NCBI RefSeq assembly: GCF_041146345.1
Contig: NW_027191404.1
Span: 806,001-870,000, forward strand
From: Neodothiora populina
Lineage: Eukaryota
Length of the DNA stretch: 64,000 nucleotides
Reading direction: 5' to 3'
A model generated the notes under the pieces. The model saw only the letters and a program-made list of their open reading frames with translations. It ran no database searches and was not told where the DNA came from. This document shows, piece by piece, positions 25,609-37,200 of the stretch (within the stretch, counting starts at the first letter, position 1; every line of letters starts with the position of its first letter). Both the position numbers and the translations under genes were made by a program.

Positions 25609-25613
<5 letters not shown>
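24654..25613 (+). CDS. NDUFA12/NDUFAF2 (B17.2L)-family complex I assembly factor, introns 24745-24874, 24992-25104
   Basis: Spliced WRKKWLVG|ADLSGNTFWEF..RRIVHY..P QWHQWLRHTRPDAPSIQEQ; C-terminal WQPQSWTP. Confidence 0.88.

Positions 25614-25641
<28 letters not shown>
25609..25641 (+). repeat. (GAT)11 microsatellite overlapping the stop codon
   Basis: Read directly; gives (TGA)10 in the coding frame at 25611-25640. Confidence 0.95.
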
Positions 25642-25901
25642 CGTTAAATACTTGTAACAATAGGTTTATTCTTAATCATGCAGCGCTCCCTAACTACTAT
25701 CACGATTACATTCGATGACCTGAGACCGATAGTGGCAATCAGACGGCTAGGTGAGGATATGATGATTCTCCCTAGTACATGTTCATACATAATATTCCCT
25801 GGAAGCGAATACTATATATCCCACCTAACATTGCCGCACACGTGCATGCAACCCCTCTTTTGACTTCTTCAACCCCGTCTCTTCTATGACCATTTCTGCA
25901 A

Positions 25902-27982
25902 TTAAATCTTCATAGACGCATTCGCAGAAGTGAAATCAAAAGAATTTCCGAAATTGCCCTTTTGCGTCGAGAAATCACTCTTGACGCCCAGGTTCTTGAC
26001 GCGGCCGAGCAGAACCTCGAGTTGTCTGTATGCTGCGCTAGGCTGGTATTGAGGGATCTGTAGATACGAAGATATCTCTGGTCAGCATTTATTCTTCTCT
26101 TTTCGTATTTTTCTTTGGCTCAGAGTTGTCTGTAACCACTGCGAGAGAGACTGCAGAAAGAGGAGGGATTGCTTACCATGTGTCCAGACAAGGCCACGGT
26201 GCACACCGTCAGACCGCGCTCCGTGTGCCAGCTGCCCATGTTACCTGCCGCGGCCAGGTCGCCGAGACTCAGCTCTGAGTGGTAAGGCACGTAGAAGTCG
26301 TCCCATTCGGCGGGCGGGACGGAGAATCCGGTCTTGCCGTTGAAAGTCATGTTTTGCACCGTCATGAGAGTGCCGTTGAACATGAGGATGAAATCTGTTT
26401 GTTTTGTGTCAGTGATTGAGTCTTGCCGACTATTCGATGAGTTCGTTTTCATGGCACGTACCTAGGAGACCGTGGCCGATGATGACATTGTTGGTCTGCT
26501 CGATGACCTTCGGAAGAACACTGAGGCCACTGTATGTCGAAGTATCCCGTTCCAGCACACCATTGGCACACTCTGACCACTCCTGAATAGGCGCGTTGAT
26601 GGCCTTTTGCACGTCGGTTCGGTTGAAGTAGATGTCGGTTCCTTCGGGCAGGTAGTCGAAGCTGCCGGGGAATCCGAGAACATCCCACAAAAGAGGGCAA
26701 GTGGTCGCCACTTGGTAGATGTCGAAACAGGGGTTGACGAGCGATGCGGCGTTCTTTTGGTCTTACGTTAGTATACTCTGAGTTGTTGGGGCCAGAAGTG
26801 AGGCTCACAAAAACATCGTTCCACAATTCACATCCCTCCATGTCATAGTTGAGGTTTGGTGGGGTTGGCAATGTGCGGTTCTTAGGGGGGAAGGTGAGCG
26901 CTTCTTCCATGAATGCAGTGTAACCGCACTTGTCTGCTCTCGCATGGATATCATCAATGAAAGTCTTATTCAGGTTAAGCAGAGGACCCCAGTAGTCGAT
27001 GAACGCGGCAGTGGGGATATCCTCGAGAACAACGTCGTAATTGATGCTCGGGTCATAGATCATGGCGCCCTTGACGTCGTAGTACTTTGTGTTGTTGAGG
27101 TCCAGGAAGTGGCTGCTGATGTAAGGAACATACATTCCTGTTGAACGTCAATTTGTGTTTTGCTCTCTGGAAAGGGACATGCTTACCAGCGTAACTTTCG
27201 CCTGTAATGTAGACCTTCCTGTTCTGCAGATCGAAGGTCTCGACGAAGCTGCTTCTGTTAGCAATAGGTCGTCGGTAGCTCTGCATGTGTTCGACTCACT
27301 TCTTCCAGAAGCCCGCAAACTGCACCGCGACCTCTTCCTCACTTTGAGCAGTCGGAATACCTTGCGAGAAACCCGTTCCGACGGGCTGCTCAACCCAAAC
27401 CACGTTCGTCAAGTTGCTCCATGCGTAGTTGTTCTTGACCGGTTTGTTGGTGCCGTATTGCCAGATGAAGGGACCGTTCTCCTGGAGCACGCCTTCCAAC
27501 GAACTGCAGCCAGGTCCTCCATTCAACCAGATGAGGATCTCGTCCGTTGCCTTCTTGTCTTCTGAAGGGAAGTACCAGAAGTATAGCTCGCTGGCGTTCT
27601 TCTGCTCAGAGATGGGCATGAGACCAGCATAACTTTCGCCTATAGTCTGCTGTTAGATTTGTGTACCTAGAATTGCCGCAATGGACGATACGCACCGATA
27701 TCAAAGTCAACTTCCGGAATGGCAGTTCCGTTGACAGCATATTCTGTCGCACAGAGCATTAGTTCTTGATCTGGTCAATTGTCCCGTTTTGGTTCACGTA
27801 CTCATCGTCTTGTTGTTCTGAGGCACGATGAGATGCTTCTTGTGCGTAGCCGCGGCTCTGGTCTCGAGTATCGGTGCAGACAGAGGAGCACGAATCGGCA
27901 GTTTCTTGTTCACATGTTGAGGACTTCTTGCTACGGCAGCGGTAGCAAATAGACCTGTACAGAGGGCAGTAGTGAAACGCAT
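25902..27982 (-). CDS. Secreted serine carboxypeptidase (peptidase S10, CpdS/PepF-like), 8 exons
   Basis: Signal peptide [45 protein letters not shown] (Ser), LDFIL (Asp), SGHM|IPQYQP (His). Seven GT-AG introns traced. Confidence 0.95.
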
Positions 27983-28167
27983 GATGAGAAGCAATTCACC
28001 AAGAGACTCTTTGGGAATGCTAGAGCAAGAACAAAGGACTGGCAGAAACACGTCTCGCTCTATCCCAAGGACCTACCGGTAGTAATAACAAATTTAAGAC
28101 CGGCATAATGTCCGACGTCACGAAGCGCATCAAACCAACTTCCCATGCAGGTGATCATTGTGCCAGC

Positions 28168-28789
28168 CGATAGCGATACGGCAGGACGAACCAACGAGAC
28201 ACCCATCCAATGAAGCGTCTCCACCGCGCGTATGGGATACCATGATGAGCAGAGCGCGCAAACCCGTCGTGATCCCTTGCGTAATTTAGCAGAAGGTTTC
28301 TTCTAGGCGAAGCAACAATGCTCGTTTACGGGATTACTGTTGTGAGCAGCCCCGGGAGAAGTCAAAAGATAAGACAAAGCTATCGCTGAACAGGAAGGAC
28401 GTGAACGCGAAGCATCACACGATTCTCCTATATATTATAGTATTGCTAATACGCTTCGATCACGGCAAGCCGGCTATGACCATTTTGTATCAGTAACTGT
28501 ATGCCCTGCTACAGATAACAATGGAATACTCGCTCCTTGATGATAAGTAGGATCTGGAGTAATTACCCTGTTAGATTCTGCAGTGATTGCGCTATTAAGC
28601 TGCTTGAGGAAGGAGGGATGGGAACACAATCGATAAAGGTTCCGCCGATCGCTGGCGACCCTTGGTCCGCTAATGTAGGAACAGTGAAAGCGCTGCACCT
28701 GGTATGCGCGATGACCAGCACAACATCATAAGTAGCGTAAGATGGATCTCAGATGCCGAGGACGGATCAGATGGAATAAGCGTCGATAA
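28168..28789. promoter_or_regulatory. Cluster of seven HGATAR (AreA/NIT2-type GATA) sites upstream of the carboxypeptidase
   Basis: Sites at 28168, 28367, 28380 (reverse), 28513, 28541, 28631, 28784. Confidence 0.4.
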
Positions 28790-29148
28790 GCATTCAGGTA
28801 ACCAGGTCACTTTACTCTACCATACAATCTTATGCTGTACTTACTGTTCATGCACTTGGGTAATCGCCATACGATGTCGGACGGACACCGGTTAAGACGC
28901 ACCAGACACGTGCTGTCGTCCAGGCACGGCAATGTATATCATCCTACTTGTTCATGTACTGTTGTCACTCGATCCGTTACATTCGTTCAGGGTTTAGGCA
29001 TGGGCAAGTTCAGCACAAAGCAGCAAGACGAAGAGTGTAATTATTCGTAGTTAATTTGGCACGGCATCCTTCATTGGTGACTACGATGATGCATAACCAA
29101 CGCCTTTTCTTGACCCGATTCATGTTATGCCTATCGTGACCGAGAAAT

Positions 29149-30482
29149 CTATTCTAGCAAGCTCGCCTGGTTGGTGTAAAGGACATCGACGACGTTGCTC
29201 AACTTGTCGATGGTGTCGAGTGCGGCATCGTACTGTTGATCTCTCTCGGGCTCGTCAAAGATGATCAGGCAACCTGCGCCCTGGTCCAAGACACCAATAA
29301 TGACTCGGTCCAGAATCATCTGGCTGAGCTTGTGCTCGATCTGTGCAACATCAAGACCGACCATCTTGGCGATGTGGTCAATCTCAACACGACTGAAGGG
29401 CTCGATGACCTTGATCAGGTTCTGTTCGAGCATGTTGTCGTACAGGCGACGGAGATGGTTTGCGATGAATCTGTCGCTGCCGAGCTCGTAGCGGTATTCG
29501 GACAGAGCGTGTTCGTACTCTTCGAGACTTCTGTTGTTGTGGGCGGTGGCGACGGCTTTGATGGCATCGAGAGACTTGCCAGCGTATCTGATGGCTTGTT
29601 TCGAAGTCATGAGGTTGTTCACATCGTCGTTTGCGTTCAGCATGACTTTGCAGAGCAGCATGTACTGCAGTGCCGAGGTGGCCTTTTGAGGTTCATCCTG
29701 ACCGTGGTAGCCCTCCATTGCCTCGATGAAGTAAGAAAAGGCAGTGTTGAAGTCCTTGTCCTCGGCATGCAGCATGCCACTCTGCATATCCAGATTGGCC
29801 TGAAGCATGGGGGGGCAGTAGACAGACGCGGCTGATGTGCGGGCGGACGTGAGGGCTGCTCTTCCTTTCGGTACATTTCCAAGCGCATGGTAGACGCGAG
29901 ACTCCAAAAGCTGAACCTCAACAAGAACCAATTTATCATCCAGTCTCTTGAGCTCCTTGAGCAGGCTGTTGATGAGTGTGAGTGCATCGTAGTAGGACTG
30001 CTTCTGCATGTAAAGGGTGACGAGTCGGGTTTCGAGGTTTTGACGAAGGAAGCCTCGCTTCTGAGAGTTTGCCCATTCGATGCATGACTTTGTCAATGAG
30101 ACTTGTGTTTCGAGGGAATCGGGAATGTCGTGGAAGAGATCGAGGAGTTGGCGGACTGTCCAAGTCGGATTAGCTTAGTGAGGACGAATGGACACACGAC
30201 ACGAGGAAGGGACGCACCTAATTTCTGCGTCTTTGCCTTTGCGAATGACGAGACGACTTTCTGGACTTCTTGCACGAGTTGCGCGAGATCTTGTGTTCGC
30301 TTCTGATCACGGTAGAGCTCGCCCAGGGCCATCAAGGCGTTCTCGTAATTTCGCACGGAGGCATCGCTCTGGCCCGCGCCTTGACTCAGCATGTCCTTGT
30401 AAATCTGTTCTGATTTCTGAGGTGACTCCTTATACACCTTCTTGGCCTCCTCTATCCGCTTTGCGTTGTCCTCTTGCGCCAT
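29149..30482 (-). CDS. RPN6: 26S proteasome lid subunit Rpn6, intron 30156-30217
   Basis: FAKAKTQKL|VRQLLD, LLKELKRLDDKLVLVEVQLLES, PCI region LEQNLIKVIEPFSRVE..KLSQMILD. Confidence 0.97.
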
Positions 30483-30674
30483 GGCGATGTGTGTGTGTAT
30501 ACGCCGGGGTAGAGTTGGTGTGGCGGCTCAAGCAGAATGGTGATGGCGCGTGGCTCTTTCGGGAAGTTCTCGTCAAGATCAAAAGCACTCTCGGCGATGA
30601 AGTGGAGATGATGTTGATGTGTGGTGAAAGAAACGAGATGGTTGATGTGGTGTGGATGATGGACTTGGACTTCT

Positions 30675-30680
30675 GGAGCT
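30675..30680. promoter_or_regulatory. GGAGCT, candidate euascomycete Rpn4-type proteasome element
   Basis: About 190 bp upstream of the RPN6 ATG; only a hexamer, so a chance match is possible. Confidence 0.35.
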
Positions 30681-31261
30681 TCACAATAATGCGTTCATGT
30701 CATCAGCAGCTGTTCAGGGCAGGTACTCCATACTACACAGTAAAGAGTGAGGCAGGTGCTCAGTCTTGGCATAACTCCCCGAATCAGACTGGCGTAACTG
30801 CGGAGTCTGGCTCAAACCTCCGTAAGGTATCTACAGTTCTATGAGATTATAGTAAATCCATCTTTCTGATTTCTGACTACCTTATTGCCTTGAATTCATA
30901 CTGTACACTGCATTGGCATGGATTAGGGAGGAGGAAGCACATAACGAAAATCAAATCTGCTTCTCGATTACTTCCAGTCTATCAAAGAATAAGGAAAAAG
31001 TTCTCAATACTGCAACGATAATCCCCTGCTCTGCCTAGCATATCCCATCATGCACCTCATACTGTCGTCAATTAATGTTGTGAAGTGAAAGAGGAAAATG
31101 AAAAAAAAGGAAAAAGAAGAGAAGAGAATTCATCCATCGATCCGTCAATCGAACCATTCCTCGCCACCGACAAGCTCTGCGCTTTTCCTGCCGTTCAATT
31201 TGAGCCACTCATGCGTCGCCCGTCTGCCTTTTGTCTTCCTGGCCATCCCGCCACCATGTAT

Positions 31262-34200
31262 TCACTCGCCCTGGACCTCCTCGGCGTGAGCTGCCGAGTC
31301 TCCGTGAAAGTACCCATTGCTTCCTTCCAGCTGAGCGGTAGGCAGATCCGTTCCGAGACCAGAGTCGCTGGACGGACCCCAGGCGACAAGATCCTTGCCG
31401 TTGTCACTACCTGCTTCCTGTTCGGCGAGATGCTCGCGATGCGCCTGTTCGGCTAGGCGCTGAATCTCCGATTCCATGTCACTGATGTTACCGCCGTCTT
31501 CCTCCTCTTCATTGCCTTCGTCAATAGTCTGAGCGCCCACCGTGCTTCTGATGGTGCTGCCGTAGCTGGTACGTCTGTGATCGTCCAGATCCGACCCAGT
31601 CATATAGGAGCCGGTGTCGTATGTGCCATACGACGTCCTTCTGTTGTCCTCATTTGGGGTGACGCCATCAGTGTACGAACCAGTGCCGTAGGTGAGGTCG
31701 CTCCCGGATACCGTGCCACCGAAGCTAACAGAGCGACGAGTCTCGGTTCCAGAAACACTGCTAGAGGCAAGACTGTCTCGACTCACCGGTCGATCGCGAC
31801 TGACGGGCCGGCTGTCGTAGTGGCTAGAAGCGTAGTCCTCCATCTCGCTCTCGTCTTCCGGAAAGTTCTCGCCGTTCTCGTTCTCCTTGTCCATGCCTTC
31901 GATAGAGGCCATGGTCGGGCCCCAAGCAGGCTTGCGGAGCTTGTTATGCTTGACCGACTGGCTGCGGCTCAACTGTCCTGCCGCCGAGATGAGACTGGGA
32001 GTCGGTGTCGCATATGCAGAGGCTCCAGACGGAACATTGCCACTGATCTGACTCAAGGACATGATACGACGTTCACCCGTGTTAGGAGTAGCGCCGTTGC
32101 GCTGCATAGGTGGACGAGTCTTCATGGCCATAGCATGGTTTTTGCCTGGACCTGCAAGTGGAGTCGTCATGACTGATGCTGCAGAAGTGCCGCTGACATT
32201 GCGCAAATCACGTCCGACGTGCTTTTTCGGAGAAGGCTTGGGTGTCCGCTTAGTGAGAAGCATAGCTCTCGAATGATCGATGAGACCTTCCAAGATCCTG
32301 CGCTCGAGAGCGTCGGCCTTCGCATCCATGTCGTGAAGCTCCTCTTTTCTGATGCTCAAAGCCATCTGCAAGGACGAGACATCCGCATTAAGTCTTGCTT
32401 TCTGCGATGACAAGGCGTCCTTTTCGGCTCTGAGAGCTTCGACAACGGCGACGAGGCTGGCCTTCTCGTCGTTGAGGCCGGTGATTTCTGCCTCAATCGT
32501 GTCCTTTTGTACTGTACGGCGCTCAAGTAAAAGTGCAATCTCTTCAGCCTCGCGTTCCTTGGCCTCGTTTCCCTCGGTAATTTGCTTGTGCTGGAGGGCT
32601 ACAAAAGCTGAGACCTCAGCAGCCGTTGCTCTGACCTGCTCGTGGATCTCATCAAGACGGGCCATCTGCGCAGTCGCAAGTCCAGCCTCGCCTGCAAGGT
32701 TAACAAGAGTATCCAGCTTCTCATGAACGCCAGCATCATCATACTTGTCACCTGCAAAGTTGACGAGTGTGTCGAGCTTTTCGTGCACCACAGTGTCATC
32801 GTACTTCTCTGCCGGCTCGGGTGGTGGAGGCAGCAGTGCAGGGATGCTGGACATGTGCTCTGCGAGAGTCTCCTTGAGTGCTTCGGATTGTCCTTTGAGC
32901 TCCTCAAGCTGGGCCTTGATATTCTCAAAAGGCTCGTCTACGTGTGTCTTGTGCTCCTCAGCAGATGCCAGGATCTGCTCTTTGACCGAGTTCGCATGGC
33001 CTTCCGCGCTTTCGTTGAGGGTCTTGGAGTGCTCGTAGTGCTGATTAACTAGAGCGAGAATCTCCTTGAGCTCCATCAGGAAACGAGGATGATACTCTGT
33101 GAAGTCGGCTTGCAGTACGTTGAGGCCATCCAAGGTCTTTGCTACTTCATCACGAGTGAGTTGATGCTCAACCTTTTGTGCTTCATGGCCTTCAGTGAAT
33201 TGAAGCACTGTGCCGTTAACCTTATCGAAGAGAGTCTGATGATCTCCAGACATCTTCTCATTCGCCTCGGTAAAAGCTGGGATGAATGCAGTGAGAGAGC
33301 TCCCGAGAGTGTCGATGGACAACTTGAGCTCATCCGCCATCTCCTTTGTTGTGGCAAGGATTTCTTGCTGCTCGAGCGCTTTCTCTTCCATCATCTTGAC
33401 CTTCTCATCAGCAGCAGTTTGAGCATCATCATACTTGCTCATCAGTCCATCATAGCAGGTGTCGACCTTCTCGATAACAGCAGCAACGATGGCGTCCTTG
33501 TGCTCGCCATGCTTCTCCAGAAGTGTAGAGTTGTTCTGTTCATGATCAACCTTAATCCCTTCCAGCGATCCGTGAGCTCGCTCGAACTCATTCTTCACTG
33601 TCTCCAGAAGCTCTTTGACATCAGCGCCAACGCCTGCGTTGCCTGTGACATTCTCTTCCATGGCCTTGAGAGTATCGGTAAGAGTGGAAACGTTGGCGTC
33701 ACCTTCGGTAACTTTTGCAAGCAACTCTTCCTTGATCTCTTCGAGGAATGATTTTATCGCAGTAACCTGCTCGGCAAGTTCTTCCGCTTCCTTTTTGCGG
33801 TCGTCAAATGCTTTAGCCGTCACGGAAATGTCACCTTCGTAACTCTCCTTGACTTTGTCGTGGCTCTCGCGGAAGTCGTTGATCAGGCCGGTTAGTTGCT
33901 CGATATCGAATTTGGTTGGAAGAGTCTCCACATCAGGAAGTGTCATCTCACCAATCTTGTCCTTGATTTCAGTACACAGGATACCGAGTACATCCATATC
34001 GGACTTGGTGAGCGTTTTTCTTCCCTCGTCTTCCTCTTCGCCCTCCTCGGCCGGTTTGGGTAGACCCTCCTTGAGTCCATCGAAAGCTTCTTTCAAGTCC
34101 TTGACAAGCACTTCGACAACTGCAAGATCAGCTTTGCTTGCAGAATTTTCCTCGAGCTTGATGGATAGACCTTCAATGGCAGCATTGACAGTGAGCACGA

Positions 34201-37200
34201 CGCCTTCGACGGCGTCAAGATGCTCCTTGGTAACGAGTGTCGCAGGGTCGGGAAGAGGGAGGTCTTCGATCTGCGCCTTCGTGTTTCGAAGAAGGGTTTC
34301 GATAGCATCAGTATCATCTTTGGTAACGGCATTTTCAACTTCTGCCTTCTCCCTTGATGCTACATCTGTGACTGTAGCCTGAATGTCCTTGAGGAGTTCC
34401 TCGATACCAACGAGATCTTCCTTGAGAGTGATGCCTTCTGGGACAGTAGCAGCAGGAGGTGGGGGCATGTCACCAAGACTTGCCGCCATACCTTCGACCT
34501 TGATATGAAGCTGAGCGAAGAGAGCCTCCATGCGCTCCTTCAGAGGTGTGGAGCTCGTCGTGGCCCCTTCGCCAGAGAACTCGCGTGGTGCTTCGGCGTC
34601 AATGTCTTCGGCGAGAATAAGCTCGGTACCATCAGACGTCCTAGGTCTTCCGGGTGTGAGCTTCTTCACGTCATTTCTTAGGTCTGACAGGCCGGATTTG
34701 AGAGTTTCCAGAATCTCGTAGTTGACAGATGCATCAGCTGGTCTGTCGAGAGCGGCGGTGACGTCTGTCTTCATAGACTCGATGCCCTCATTCAGAGCAT
34801 CCAAGAGCTGGTTGTTCAAGCTCATCTGGTAGTCCGGATTCTCCAACTTTTTCTCCAAGTGAGAGCGAAGGTCGTCCAGTCCGAGTCTGACAGCATCAAG
34901 CACCTCCTCGGTATCGGCGCGAGATCCACCGGAAATCATGGTCTGTGATACCGACTGTCTGAGCTGCTCAAATTCACCTTGAATGGCTTCGAGTAGATCA
35001 CTGGTCATGCCGGAGCCTTCCTTGGTGGCGGCTATCTCGTCTAGGCGTTGCCTGATCTCTGCAAAGGAGCTCTCGGCATCCGGTGGACCGCCCGCAGGTA
35101 CAAGGCCGCCAGCGAGGGACTCACGAAGATTCTCGATCTGTTCCTTGATCTCGACGAGAGCCTGTGCGGATTCTGTTGTCTCGCTCGTAGAGATATGTTC
35201 ACGAAGACCGTCGACTGCTTGATTGATGGAATCAATGATTTCATCTTTGTCTGCTGCAGCACCTTGTCGAAGAAGCAATGGTGTAAGAACTTCACGGAGG
35301 TGACCGAACTCATCTTTGACAATAGTCATAATCTCCTCGTTGGAACCCGGCGCAGCCTCTTCATCAGCAGCACGATCACGGACATTGCTCATGCTTTCTT
35401 GGATGGTTTGTATAACCTCGTCCTTGTGACCCGCGGAGCCTGCGATGATGGTGTCTCGAAGTGCTTCGAACTCTGCCTTCATGGCCTCCATGACCTCTTC
35501 GTTGGTCTCATCGAGTAGTCCTCGACTGCCAACTTGTCCTTCGAGTCCTTTGAAGCCAGACTCCAGGGCAGCGAGAATCTCAGACGTGCTGGAGGGTCGA
35601 CCCTCATCACCTTCACCACGAGCTTGTCCGCTCATAGCTTCGTGGAGATGTTCGAATTCGGCCTTGATGTAATCGATCATCTCGTTTCGTCCATTGGAAG
35701 GACCTTCGGCGACATATCCCTGAACATCGACCCTGAGATTCTCGAGGCCGGAGCGTACAACATCGACGATCTCATCTTTGCCAGTGACATCCTGAGCTCT
35801 GTCCACGTACGACTCGATTTCAACTCGCAGAGACTCGAGGCCATCCTTGACAGCATCCAAGACCTGCTCGGTATCTCTGCCATTGGCTGCAGAGTACTGC
35901 TTGAACTCTACTCTCATATCGTCCACAAGCTCGTGTAGCTGCTTCAAAACTTGCTCGCCGAAGCCGCCGAAAGGAATAGCCGAGCCATCCAGGCTTGCCT
36001 TTACAGCGTCGAAGAGATCATCGCGGCTGATCTCAATCTCGCGAGGAGCGTTGGGGCCATGTTCAGCTAAACCTTCCTTGACTGCGTCCATGACTGCTGC
36101 TCGCGTGGCCTCGTTGTCGAGACCCACTGGCTCAGCAGGCTTGAATCCTTCAAGAATGTCGCGAACAGAGACGAGAAGCTCACCACGAAGGACTGCCATC
36201 TCATCTGCAGCTTTGGGGGCGTTGAAGTCTTGCATGGCTTGTTGAATTGCATACATGACCTCTTCCATACTGGCACCGGGCGAAGGTGGCAACTCGCGAT
36301 TCTCTTGATAGTCAAGGAGGCCCTCTTTCAATACTTGAAGAATCTCATCACGCTCCAAGCCGAATTGCTGGAGCTCGATGTCGGGTTTGAACTCGTCGTA
36401 AGCTTCCTTGATAGCTTGCAGGATGGCCGATCGGTCGAGGCCGTCTTGCTGAGGAGGCGTCAGGGCCGAAGCATGCTCTGCAAGAGCTTGCTTAACGGCA
36501 GCAAAGACTTCCTCGCCACTCTCCTCTCGTGAAGCAGCTGCCGGAACAAGTTGCTGGGAACTCTCACGGATGATGTTCTCGATGTGTTGTTTGAGCTGAC
36601 CCATGCCCTCATTGACCACTCTTTCAATGTCGGCAGTAGTCTGTGCAGCGACATCGAGCGAGCGATCCTCCTGGTTGGCAATGCTCGTCTCCTCCAGTTT
36701 CTTGCCCAGGTCTCTACCCATACCGAGGACTTCTCCCCTCAAGTCATGCAGACGAGACTTGATCTCGGCACTCAAGCCACCACTCTTGGAAGCACTTTCC
36801 TTGATCTGGTGGAGGAGCCTGAGGATGTCGGCACTCATGGCCTCGAGAGCCTTAGAGGACTTGTGATCAGCATCATCGTCGGGGTCTGGTGAGGTCCGGA
36901 CGAGAGCCTGACTGTCAGGTCGTGACTTGATGAACTCGGCAAGTTCCTCGACTTTGCGAGCAGTTTCGACAGTGGAGAGATTATCTTTGCTGTGCTTGTC
37001 CAAGATATCGTTCAAAGTGGTGAGAAGTCTCTCCTGGCCGTCCTTGGTGACCATTTCTCGGATGATCTTCTCAAGCATTGCGACGCTTGCAGCACCTTCG
37101 ACTGAGAAAGGGTTCGGACTGCCTGGCTCGAATAGACTGTTGTGGCTGTTTGATCTGGGCATGGCGCTGAATGGCTTGCCAGAGGGAGGTGGAGAGGCGA

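Noticed and set aside
27764..27786. TPP riboswitch-like CTTGATCTGG in a carboxypeptidase intron
   Set aside because: Antisense to the gene and lacks the remaining aptamer motifs.
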